From Candidatus Latescibacterota bacterium (GTDB taxonomy: Bacteria; Latescibacterota; UBA2968), in the NCBI GenBank assembly GCA_022824945.1, contig JAJDYX010000013.1, positions 513 to 64,512 on the forward strand: DNA of 64,000 nucleotides. The letters run 5' to 3'. Positions 27,620 through 36,115 of this stretch are shown here, one piece after another (positions within the stretch are counted from its first letter, which is position 1; each line of letters begins with the position of its first letter). The notes below the pieces were generated by a model, which was not told where the DNA came from, did no database searches, and worked only from the letters and a program-made list of their open reading frames with translations. Both the position numbers and the translations under genes were made by a program.

Positions 27620-28126
27620 ATGAAACGCCTGATGATATGCCTTCTTTCCGCGTTCGCGCTGCAGGGCTGTAGTGATCGTTTGTCAGATATGCAAACGCAA
27701 CTATCAGGTACCTGGGTCTTGCAAACTCGTCAATTGCAAGATGGGACTGTGTTGCGTGGCCCGCATATAAAAGGGTCGCTTTTTTGGGAGCCAATCAGTT
27801 CTCGAAAAGCACATATTACGCTCAGTCTTCTGGAGGACTTAAAAGACGGTACGCCCAGACGATTTAATTATGCTGGCAGTACGTATGAAATTTCTACATC
27901 GGCGATTACGCGAGCCAGGCATGTGCTGGTTCGCCAGGGGTATCGGTCTTCTGCCGAAGCACCGATGTCGATTTATCCCAAGGCCAAGAGCGTGAAGGGC
28001 AAAATTACGGTTGAGGGCGATAAAATTGAGATTGCACACGATGAGCAGCAGTGGGTTTTTGAAGGTAATACGATGACGGCATCCTATGAGGGGGCATGGG
28101 TTGATACATGGGCGCGGGTTCAGTAG
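27620..28126 (+). CDS. Lipocalin-like lipoprotein
   Basis: It has a signal peptide with a lipobox (LLSAFALQGC) and a GTWVL motif typical of lipocalin-like domains. It is 168 aa and is convergent with array paralog 2. Confidence 0.65.
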   Translation: MKRLMICLLSAFALQGCSDRLSDMQTQLSGTWVLQTRQLQDGTVLRGPHIKGSLFWEPISSRKAHITLSLLEDLKDGTPRRFNYAGSTYEISTSAITRARHVLVRQGYRSSAEAPMSIYPKAKSVKGKITVEGDKIEIAHDEQQWVFEGNTMTASYEGAWVDTWARVQ

Positions 28127-28152
28127 GGTGTTGTGAAAAAGACGAGGCGCAT

Positions 28153-28190
28153 AAAAAAATGCCCCTGAATTAATTTTCAGGGGCATTTTT
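28153..28190. terminator. Bidirectional terminator (ATGCCCCTGAA-loop-TTCAGGGGCAT)
   Basis: A perfect stem is flanked by A7 and T5. Confidence 0.8.
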
Positions 28191-28202
28191 CTTTGCTCAG
28201 CA

Positions 28203-30005
28203 CTACTTGAGGTAGAGCAGGCGTTGCGTCTGCACCCCACCGGGATAGCTCAGACGCGCGATATAGGTCCCCGTTGATAGCGAGACGCCCCGCTGGTCGA
28301 GGACATCCCACCGTATCTGGTAGGTGCCAGCGGCCTGGGACTCATTCACCAGCGTGCGTACCGGCTGACCCAGCACATTGTAGATCACCAACTGCACCGG
28401 ACCGGGATTGGATAGGTGGTAGGTTATCAGGGTGGCGCTGTTGAAAGGGTTGGGAAAGTTGGGCGCCAGACCGCTGACCTCTGTCTCGGCTGCGAGCACG
28501 GGCTTGGCTGCGGCCAGTGGTCCGACTTGTACGACTTTCATCTTGCCGCCCAGTGGCAGTTCTAATACCTGGCGTTGATTGTGATTGAGGGGAATGGAGT
28601 GCCATTGGCCGACGATCTCACCATCGGCGTTGCTGGCGCGTGCTTGATAGTAACCATTCACGCCATCTGCGTTGGAGATGGTCAGGGACAAAGAGCCATT
28701 AGCATCTGTGACGGCGTTATAGGCGTAGTCGGCTGGCTGTCCGGCGATGGATCGAGCAAACGCGACGGTCAATCCCTCGACGGCGTCGCCTATGACCGTG
28801 GCTTCCACTTGTGTAAAGGGACCGTCCGGGACAACGTCGGGTGCGCGCCCATAAAAACCCGATCCGGCGATGATGTTGAGTGGGACGACTTTTCCGTCGG
28901 CTGTCTGGATTGAACCTTTGAACTCGCGTGAGTAGCCCACCTTGGGGATGTCGGCGCTGTCGGTGTCGTCATTGGGATCGTCGAAGTGGTATTCCCAAAA
29001 GCCGCCTTCCGGGCTACTGGTCGCCGCGGCGAGGAGCAGATCCCAAACGAGTTCCCCAGTAATGGCGTCTCGGGTAATGCCCGGAGGTCGAAGCTCAAAT
29101 TTGTTCGGGAATCCTCCGTGAACCCGGGTGAGGTTGCTGATGAGATCTATGATATAGATGTACACGTTACCGTGCCTCCAGGGGCCGTTCGGATCTCGCA
29201 AGGCGATTTTGGCTTTAGAGATAGCGGTTAAATCGCCGGTCTTCTGGATTTCGATAAACCACTCCCCCGCTTGCGTGACGAAGGTCTTCAGGGTTTCTCG
29301 ATCTACCACATCTCTGGCGGTAATGGTTGGGTCGCCGTAATCGAGGTCTTCTTGAACCACGTGAGTTTCATTGAGATGGAATCCGGCAAGCAGCATGATC
29401 GGTCCTAAATTGGCCGAGGAATATACGGTGACATAGCCGGAGGCACCCGGTATCCCCGGACTTAGACCCGGAATAGGGTTGGTCGCATCGAATGCGGCAT
29501 CAGGTTCTTGCATCAATGTATTAAATACGGCGGCACCAGCCTGGGCGGCGACGGCAGGATCGGGGGAAGCCAGGTCGGCCAGAACGGTTAAGGGTACTCC
29601 CAGCGCAGAAAGGATCGCGCCGTAAATCACGGGATTGAGCAGTCTGCCGGACAATGCCATATCTTTTGTGTGAATGAGCACCCTGCTGTCGGGCGTCAGT
29701 ATCACAAGGAAGGTGGAACCGGAATGCCAATGGCTCCCATCTTCCCTGATAAGACATCCGAAGTAGAACAATTGGTCTGGCGTCGATGCTCTCTGGCTGA
29801 ATTGATCTCTCACGCCCCGTGCGAAGTCCATCAGGCTGGCGCTGCCGTCTTCCACCTGTTGTGCCGTCACAGCCGGAGCCGCAGGAGGCGACACGCCGGC
29901 CGGGAGTTGACAATCTGCCAGGACGGGATGCGCATTAAGAAAGACGCCGGCGAGTACGAGCAGTCCGACGACGGGAATAGTGAGCAATGTTCGAGCTTTC
30001 ATCAC
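28203..30005 (-). CDS. Array paralog 2: exported tandem Cache-like protein with T9SS C-terminal sorting domain
   Basis: At 600 aa it has the same architecture as paralog 1. It has a signal peptide, the Cache_2-like motif LRDPNGPWRHGNVYIYIID...EGGFWEYHFDDPNDDTDSADIPKVGYSREF and the FPNPFNSATLITYHLS...LLYLK sorting domain. Confidence 0.8.
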   Translation of the reverse strand: MMKARTLLTIPVVGLLVLAGVFLNAHPVLADCQLPAGVSPPAAPAVTAQQVEDGSASLMDFARGVRDQFSQRASTPDQLFYFGCLIREDGSHWHSGSTFLVILTPDSRVLIHTKDMALSGRLLNPVIYGAILSALGVPLTVLADLASPDPAVAAQAGAAVFNTLMQEPDAAFDATNPIPGLSPGIPGASGYVTVYSSANLGPIMLLAGFHLNETHVVQEDLDYGDPTITARDVVDRETLKTFVTQAGEWFIEIQKTGDLTAISKAKIALRDPNGPWRHGNVYIYIIDLISNLTRVHGGFPNKFELRPPGITRDAITGELVWDLLLAAATSSPEGGFWEYHFDDPNDDTDSADIPKVGYSREFKGSIQTADGKVVPLNIIAGSGFYGRAPDVVPDGPFTQVEATVIGDAVEGLTVAFARSIAGQPADYAYNAVTDANGSLSLTISNADGVNGYYQARASNADGEIVGQWHSIPLNHNQRQVLELPLGGKMKVVQVGPLAAAKPVLAAETEVSGLAPNFPNPFNSATLITYHLSNPGPVQLVIYNVLGQPVRTLVNESQAAGTYQIRWDVLDQRGVSLSTGTYIARLSYPGGVQTQRLLYLK

Positions 30006-30106
30006 GGTGGTCCTCCCTTAAGGAATGGGTGATAAGGAATAAGCGTAGGAAAAATAATATGAAGATGCCCTGATAAGCAAATAAATTTTTTTGTCGTAAA
30101 TTCCAT

Positions 30107-30139
30107 AAAAAATGCCCCTGAATTTTCAGGGGCATTTTT
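30107..30139 (-). terminator. rho-independent terminator (ATGCCCCTGAA-TT-TTCAGGGGCAT)
   Basis: It is the same hairpin family with flanking A/T runs. It lies downstream of paralog 3. Confidence 0.8.
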
Positions 30140-30159
30140 GTAGCTATGAGAAATCGGCA

Positions 30160-31980
30160 CTACTTGAGGTAGAGCAGGCGCTGCGTCTGCACCCCACCGG
30201 GATAGCTCAGACGTGCGATATAGGTCCCCGTCGATAGCGAGATGCCCCGCTGGTCGAGGACATCCCACCGTATCTGGTAGGTGCCTGCGGCCTGGGACTC
30301 ATTCACCAGCGTGCGTACAGGCTGACCCAGCACATTGTAGATTACCAACTGCACCGGACCAGGGCTGGACAGGTGGTAGGTTATCAGGGTGGCGCTGTTG
30401 AAAGGGTTGGGAAAGTTGGGTGCCAGACCACTAACTTCCGGTACTGTCTCGGCTGCGAGCACGGGCTTGGCTGCGGCGAGTGGTTCGACGCGTACGACCT
30501 CCATATTGCCGCCGAGGGTCAGTTTCAGGACCTGGCGTTGATTGTGATTGAGGGGAATGGAGTGCCACTGGCCGACGATTTCGCCATCGGCGTTGCTGGC
30601 GCGGGCTGTATAGTACCCACTCACGCCATCTGGGTTGGAGATGGTGAGGGACAAAGAGCCATTGGCATCTGTGACAGCGCTATAGGCGTAGTCGGGCTGT
30701 TGGCCGGCGATGGATCGAGCAAATGCGACGTTCAACCCTTCGACGGCGTCGCCTGAGACCGTGGCCTCCACTTGTGTAAAGGGACCGTCCGGGACAACGT
30801 CGGGTGCGCGCCCATAGAAACCCGATCCAATGATGTAGCGTAATTGGAATGTGGTTCCGTCAACCTCTTTGATTGTACCGGTGAACTCGCGTGCGTAGCC
30901 TACCTTGGGGATGTCGGCGCGATCTGTGTCGTCGTTGGGATCGTCGAAATAATATTCCACGAAGCCGCCTTCCGGACTACTGGTCGCCGCTGCGATGACC
31001 TGCGGCAGAACGAACTCTCCGGTCACTACGTCTCGCACAGTCGGTATCAGAGGTTTAAACTCGAATCTGTCCGGAAACGCTCCGTGGAAGAAGATTATGT
31101 TGGAGATACGGTCCAGGATGTAGAGGTACACGGAACCGTGTCTCCAGGGCCCATTTGGATCCCGCAAGGCGATCCTGGCTTTTGAAGAAGCGGTCAGATC
31201 GCGAGTCTGGTGTAACGCGAAAACGAACTTCCAGGCTTCCTCGACGAAGGCCTTCAGGGTTTCTCGATCTACCACGTCCTTGGCAGTAATGGCCGGGGCA
31301 CCGTAATCGATCTCTTCTTTTACTACGTGAGTTTCGTTGATATCGAATCCGGCGAGCAGCACGAGCGGGAGCCGAAAATTGACTGAAAAATATACGGCGG
31401 CATGGCCGGCAGCACCTGGTATTCCAGGTCGCAGGCCTGGAATAGGAGTGGTCGCATCGAATGGGGCATCCGGTTCTTGCGACAATGTGTTAAAGACGGC
31501 GGCACCCGCCTGGGCGGCGGTAGCAGGATCGGGAGACGCCAGATTCGCCAGATCGGTTGGGGATACGCCCAGTGCCAAAAGGATTTCGCCATAAATCAAT
31601 GGGTTGAGTTGCCAGCCCGACAATGCCATGGACTTCGCATGAACGTATATCCTGCCGTCGGGCGTCAGTGCCACAAGGTAGGTGGAACCGGAACGGTAAG
31701 CAGACCCCTCCTGCCTGGTGAGACAGATATAGTATGCCATCTCTTCCAGAGTCGTTATGTTTTGGGACAAGGTCTTATATTGATTCCTCATTTCCAGCGT
31801 GAAGTCCACCAGGCTGACACTGCCGTTTTCCACTTGTTGCGCCGTCACACCCGGTTCTGCAAGAGGCGTCACGCCGGGAGGGATTCCACAATTTGCCAGG
31901 GCGGGAGGCGCATTAGAAAAGACACCAGCCAGCACGAGCAGTCCGACAATGGGAATAGTGTATGATGTTCGAGTTTTCAT
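30160..31980 (-). CDS. Array paralog 3: exported tandem Cache-like protein with T9SS C-terminal sorting domain
   Basis: It is 606 aa counted from MKTRTSYTIPIVG, with an SD AGGAGGA upstream. It has the same motif set and C-terminal sorting domain. Confidence 0.8.
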   Translation of the reverse strand: MKTRTSYTIPIVGLLVLAGVFSNAPPALANCGIPPGVTPLAEPGVTAQQVENGSVSLVDFTLEMRNQYKTLSQNITTLEEMAYYICLTRQEGSAYRSGSTYLVALTPDGRIYVHAKSMALSGWQLNPLIYGEILLALGVSPTDLANLASPDPATAAQAGAAVFNTLSQEPDAPFDATTPIPGLRPGIPGAAGHAAVYFSVNFRLPLVLLAGFDINETHVVKEEIDYGAPAITAKDVVDRETLKAFVEEAWKFVFALHQTRDLTASSKARIALRDPNGPWRHGSVYLYILDRISNIIFFHGAFPDRFEFKPLIPTVRDVVTGEFVLPQVIAAATSSPEGGFVEYYFDDPNDDTDRADIPKVGYAREFTGTIKEVDGTTFQLRYIIGSGFYGRAPDVVPDGPFTQVEATVSGDAVEGLNVAFARSIAGQQPDYAYSAVTDANGSLSLTISNPDGVSGYYTARASNADGEIVGQWHSIPLNHNQRQVLKLTLGGNMEVVRVEPLAAAKPVLAAETVPEVSGLAPNFPNPFNSATLITYHLSSPGPVQLVIYNVLGQPVRTLVNESQAAGTYQIRWDVLDQRGISLSTGTYIARLSYPGGVQTQRLLYLK

Positions 31981-32320
31981 TACGATGGTCCTCCTTCTTG
32001 AAAACATAAGCCCTATAGCTGGTTGTACTCTTTCTGAGAAGCTATTTTAAAACTATGGGAAAAAATGTTGAAAACGTATTCATCTTAGAATAATAAAATA
32101 TATTTTAGTCAGCAAATAAATTTTCTGTCATAAACTGAGGGGCATAGGCATGCCATGTTTAAGCATGTGATGATGGCAATTTGGTATTGAAGTTGAGCAG
32201 AGATCTCCTGACTTTACATTGTGTTAAAAAAGGATTTTTCATATATTTATGAGAGAAGTATATCCAGGCTGCACTAAAAGAGCAAAATGGGAGTGCGAGA
32301 ACAATACCGGAGAAAATTAG

Positions 32321-32560
32321 ATGGCAGCAATTGTTTTCGATACCTACGCCTTCGTAAAAGAACTGACTCAGGCCGGGATGCCGGAAGAACAGGCGGAGGT
32401 GTTGGCGCGTTCACAGGCGGCACTGATTGACGAAAAATTGGCTACGAAGCAGGATTTACAAGAACTGGAATTGCGTCTGAAGCACGACTTGACCCTGCGT
32501 CTTGGTTCCATGATGGTGGTCGCTATTGGCGTGGTCGCTGCTCTGGTAAAGCTATTGTGA
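32321..32560 (+). CDS. Small coiled-coil protein with C-terminal TM helix (DUF1640-like)
   Basis: The 79-aa product reads FDTYAFVKELTQAGMPEEQAEVLA...ATKQDLQELELRLKHDL followed by the hydrophobic tail MMVVAIGVVAALVKLL. Confidence 0.6.
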   Translation: MAAIVFDTYAFVKELTQAGMPEEQAEVLARSQAALIDEKLATKQDLQELELRLKHDLTLRLGSMMVVAIGVVAALVKLL

Positions 32561-32576
32561 GGACAAGCAGGGATAG

Positions 32577-32640
32577 GTCACAACACAATGACGGCATCTT
32601 ATGAGGGGGCATGGGTTGATACATGGGCGCGGGTTCAGTA
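32577..32640 (+). pseudogene. 3' remnant of a second lipocalin-like lipoprotein gene
   Basis: It encodes ..NTMTASYEGAWVDTWARVQ*. It is nearly identical at nucleotide level to 28061-28126 and is followed by the same spacer and terminator. Confidence 0.8.
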
Positions 32641-32665
32641 GGGTGTTATAAAAAAGACGAGGCGT

Positions 32666-32702
32666 AAAAAAAATGCCCCTGAATTTTCAGGGGCATTTTT
32701 TT
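32666..32702. terminator. Terminator hairpin (ATGCCCCTGAA-TT-TTCAGGGGCAT)
   Basis: It belongs to the same hairpin family, flanked by A8 and T7. It lies downstream of paralog 4. Confidence 0.8.
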
Positions 32703-32711
32703 AGTTCGGCA

Positions 32712-34496
32712 CTATTTGAGGTAAAGCAGGCGTTGCGTCTGCACCCCACCGGGATAGCTCAGGCGTGCGATATAGGTCCCCGTCGATAGCGAGACGCCCC
32801 GATGGTCGAGGACATCCCACCGTATCTGGTAGGTGCCAGCGGCCTGGGATTCATTCACCAACGTGCGTACGGGTTGCCCCAGCACATTGTAGATCACCAA
32901 CTGCACCGGACCGGGGCTGGACAGGTGGTAGGTTATCAGGGTGGCGCTGTTGAACGGGTTGGGAAAGTTGGGCGCCAGACCGCTGGCTTCCGGCACTGTC
33001 TCGGTTGCGAGCACTGGCTTGGCTGCGGCCAGTGGTTCGACGCGTACGATCTTCATACCGCCGCCCAGGGTCAGTTCTAATACCTGGCGTTGATTGTGAT
33101 TGAGGGGAATGGAGTGCCACTGGCCGACGATTTCGCCATCGGCGTTGCTGGCGCGGGCTGTATAGTACCCACTCACGCCATCTGGGTTGGAGATGGTGAG
33201 GGACAAATAGCCATTGGCATCGGTGACGGCGTTATAGGCGTAGTCGGGCTGTTGGCCTGCGATGGATCGCGCAAACGCGATGGTCAACCCTTCGACGGCG
33301 TCGCCTGAGACCGTGGCCTCTACTTGTGTAAGGGGACCGTCCGGGACAACGTCGGGTGCGCGCCCATAAAAACCCGATCCGACGATGAAGTTGACCGGGG
33401 CTACGCGTCCGCCTAAATTGAGTTCACCAGTGAACTGTCGGGCGTAACCCACCTTGGGGATATCCGCGCTGTCTGTGTCGTCGGTGGGATCGTCGTAGAA
33501 ATACTCCACGAAGCCGCCTTCCGGACTGCTCTTCGCCGCTTCGAGGACCTGCGGCAGTATGAGCTCTCCGGTACGGCCGTCTCGGGCAATACCTACGAGA
33601 GGTCGCAGCTCGAATCTGTCTGGAAACGCACCGTGGAACAGGACTATGTTGCTGGTGAGATCCAGGACGTAGAGGTACACGGAACCGTGTCTATAGGGTC
33701 CGTTCTCATCCCGCAAGGCGATTCTGGCTTTCGACAAAGCGGTCACCAGATCGCCGCTCGTCTGGTGTTCGAGAAACCACTCTCCCGCTTGCGTGACAAA
33801 GGCCTTCAGGGTTTCTCGATCTACCACGTCCCTGGCCGTAATGGTTGGGTCGCCGTAATCGATGACTTCTTCAACTACGTGAGATTCGTTGAGATCGAAT
33901 CCCGCGAGCAGCACGATCGGGGTCCGGAAACTGGGCGATATAATTGCGGCGGCATAGCCGGAAGCCCCTGGGATATCGGGCACATTGAACGGGCCGCCAT
34001 CCCCGGCTACCGCGGCAGCGAGAGCGGCCAGGGCCGCAGCACGGTCGGTGAGGTCGGCTGGATTGATTCCCAATGCTTGAAGGATCGCGCCATATATCAA
34101 GGGGTTGAGCAGCCTGCCCGACAATGACATGTCCTTTGCGTGAACGAATATCCTGCTGTCAGCCGTCAGTTGAATGAGGTAGGTGGAACCGGAACGCCAG
34201 GGGCTCCCCTCGTGCCTGATGAGACATCCGAGGTAAAACGCTTCTTCTACAGTCGCTACTCCCTGGCTAAATTGATCTCTGGCAGCCAGCGCGAAGTCCA
34301 TCAGGCTGGCACTGCCGTTTTCCACCTGTTGCGCCGTCACACGCGGGTCCGGAGGAGGCGTCACGCCGGGAGGGAGTGGACAATCTTCCTGCGTTTGCGC
34401 CAGGGGCGGAGGCGCATTGAAAAAGATGCCGGCCAGCACGATTAGTCCGACAATGGGAATCAGGTATTCTGAATTGAGCAATGTTCGAGTTTTCAT
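32712..34496 (-). CDS. Array paralog 4: exported tandem Cache-like protein with T9SS C-terminal sorting domain
   Basis: At 594 aa it has the same architecture as the other paralogs. It has a signal peptide, the motif LRDENGPYRHGSVYLYVLD...EGGFVEYFYDDPTDDTDSADIPKVGYARQF and the C-terminal sorting domain. Confidence 0.8.
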   Translation of the reverse strand: MKTRTLLNSEYLIPIVGLIVLAGIFFNAPPPLAQTQEDCPLPPGVTPPPDPRVTAQQVENGSASLMDFALAARDQFSQGVATVEEAFYLGCLIRHEGSPWRSGSTYLIQLTADSRIFVHAKDMSLSGRLLNPLIYGAILQALGINPADLTDRAAALAALAAAVAGDGGPFNVPDIPGASGYAAAIISPSFRTPIVLLAGFDLNESHVVEEVIDYGDPTITARDVVDRETLKAFVTQAGEWFLEHQTSGDLVTALSKARIALRDENGPYRHGSVYLYVLDLTSNIVLFHGAFPDRFELRPLVGIARDGRTGELILPQVLEAAKSSPEGGFVEYFYDDPTDDTDSADIPKVGYARQFTGELNLGGRVAPVNFIVGSGFYGRAPDVVPDGPLTQVEATVSGDAVEGLTIAFARSIAGQQPDYAYNAVTDANGYLSLTISNPDGVSGYYTARASNADGEIVGQWHSIPLNHNQRQVLELTLGGGMKIVRVEPLAAAKPVLATETVPEASGLAPNFPNPFNSATLITYHLSSPGPVQLVIYNVLGQPVRTLVNESQAAGTYQIRWDVLDHRGVSLSTGTYIARLSYPGGVQTQRLLYLK

Positions 34497-34765
34497 TACG
34501 ATGGTCCTCCTTCTTGGATAAATAAGCCCCTATAGCTGTGTCTTCTTTCCGAGAGGCTCTTTTTTAAACCTATGGAGCAATAAGAAACGTTTGTAACCGA
34601 AGCGCAGACAGAATAAGAAAAAATACCCTGATAAGCAAATAAATTTTCTATACATAAATCCCATTGCTTTTAATATTGGCGAAACACTTATGAAACCTGC
34701 TGGAAATATAATAAGCGTAAGTTTTGGCTATTATTTCGGTGCTGTTTCACAGTAAAATATGGGTC

Positions 34766-36106
34766 ATGACTATGAATGATGGAAGCCGCGAATACGTGCT
34801 GAATGCCGCGTCAGAACACGGGGTCAAATTTATCCGGCTCTGGTTTACGGATATTTTGGGTTTTCTAAAGAGTGTCGCAATTCCGGTCGAGCAACTCGAT
34901 GGCGCTTTGACCGAGGGGATCGGTTTTGATGGGTCGTCCGTAGAGGGCTTTGCGCGCACTGACGAGAGCGATATGATCGCTATGCCCGATCCCAATACGT
35001 TTCAGGTGTTGCCTTTTCGCCCGCAAGAAGGCGGCACGGTTGCGCGTATGTTTTGCGATATTCTCCAGCCGGGGGGAAACCCATATCGGGGAGATCCGCG
35101 CTGGGTGCTGAAAAAGAATTTGAGACGCGCAGGCGATATGGGCTTTACGTTTTACGTGAGTCCAGAGATGGAGTTTTTCTATTTTGAGAAACCCGAGGTT
35201 CCTCTCGAGGGTTTGGATGAGGGGGGGTATTTTGATCAGACGTCTCTGGATGTGGCGAGTGATTTGCGCCGGGATACGGTGTTGACGCTTGAGAAGATGG
35301 GGATTGAGGTGGCGTCCAGCCATCACGAGGATGCGCCGAGCCAGCACGAGATCGATTTGCTTTATACCGATGCGCTGACGATGGCGGACAATGCGATGAC
35401 TTATCGTTTGGTCGTGAAGGAGATTGCCGTGAAACACGGCGTTTGGGCGACGTTTATGCCCAAGCCTCTTTTTGGTGTTAATGGCAATGGTATGCATACG
35501 AATATGTCGCTGTTTAAGGGGGAGGCTAACGCGTTTTACGACGCTGAAGATGAATACCATCTGTCGGATACGGCGCGGTATTTTATCGCGGGCTTGCTCA
35601 AACATGCCTGTGAGATTACGCTGGTGACGAATCAGTGGGTCAATTCGTATAAGCGATTGGTGCCGGGTTATGAAGCGCCTTTGTACACGACGTGGTCGGT
35701 GGTCAATCGATCGGATCTGGTGCGCGTGCCAGCCTATTCTCTGGATAAGGAGAGTACGACGCGCATTGAATACCGGTCGCCCGATCCGGCCTGCAATCCC
35801 TATCTGGCATTTGCAATTATGTTGGCTGCGGGATTGGAGGGCGTTGAAAAGCGCTATGAGGTGCCGCCGCCTATGGAAAAGAATGTGGCTGAGATGTCCA
35901 GTGCCGAACGGGAGGAAGCGGGTATTAAGACCCTGCCTCTGGATCTGTCGCAGGCTATTGATCTGGCCGAGGGTAGCGATTTGCTTCGCAATGCCCTGGG
36001 AGATCACATTTTTGAGAAGTTTATTGCGAATAAGAAGATCGAATGGGCCAATTATAGGGCGCAGGTGACGGGTTACGAACTGGATCAACATCTCAAGATT
36101 TTGTGA
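34766..36106 (+). CDS. glnA: Glutamine synthetase, type I (GSI-alpha-like; no NLYDLP adenylylation motif seen)
   Basis: It shows KFIRLWFTDILGFLKSVAIP, FDGSS.EGF, SPEMEFFYF, the HHEDAPSQHEID region and NGNGMHTNMSLF. The start is either ATG 34766 or ATG 34772. Confidence 0.92.
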   Translation: MTMNDGSREYVLNAASEHGVKFIRLWFTDILGFLKSVAIPVEQLDGALTEGIGFDGSSVEGFARTDESDMIAMPDPNTFQVLPFRPQEGGTVARMFCDILQPGGNPYRGDPRWVLKKNLRRAGDMGFTFYVSPEMEFFYFEKPEVPLEGLDEGGYFDQTSLDVASDLRRDTVLTLEKMGIEVASSHHEDAPSQHEIDLLYTDALTMADNAMTYRLVVKEIAVKHGVWATFMPKPLFGVNGNGMHTNMSLFKGEANAFYDAEDEYHLSDTARYFIAGLLKHACEITLVTNQWVNSYKRLVPGYEAPLYTTWSVVNRSDLVRVPAYSLDKESTTRIEYRSPDPACNPYLAFAIMLAAGLEGVEKRYEVPPPMEKNVAEMSSAEREEAGIKTLPLDLSQAIDLAEGSDLLRNALGDHIFEKFIANKKIEWANYRAQVTGYELDQHLKIL

Positions 36107-36115
36107 GGTACAAGG

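Noticed and set aside
32008-32320. The 313-bp AT-rich gap upstream of the DUF1640 gene as a small RNA or mobile element.
   Set aside because: I found no convincing hairpin/terminator pair, terminal repeats or conserved motif beyond a weak GGCATAGGCATGCC palindrome. The evidence is insufficient.
25516-34496. A diversity-generating retroelement or a phase-variation invertase as the driver of paralog variability.
   Set aside because: I saw no reverse transcriptase, no template/variable repeat pair, no invertase and no inverted repeats flanking promoters. The variable part is N-terminal and central, not a C-terminal variable region (VR).
34497-34765. A sigma54 promoter or NtrC-type sites upstream of glnA and paralog 4.
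   Set aside because: The GG/GC candidates (TGGCTATTATTTCGG, TGGAAATATAATAAGC) have the wrong GG-to-GC spacing, and no GCAATTTTTGCAT copy is present. No call is made.
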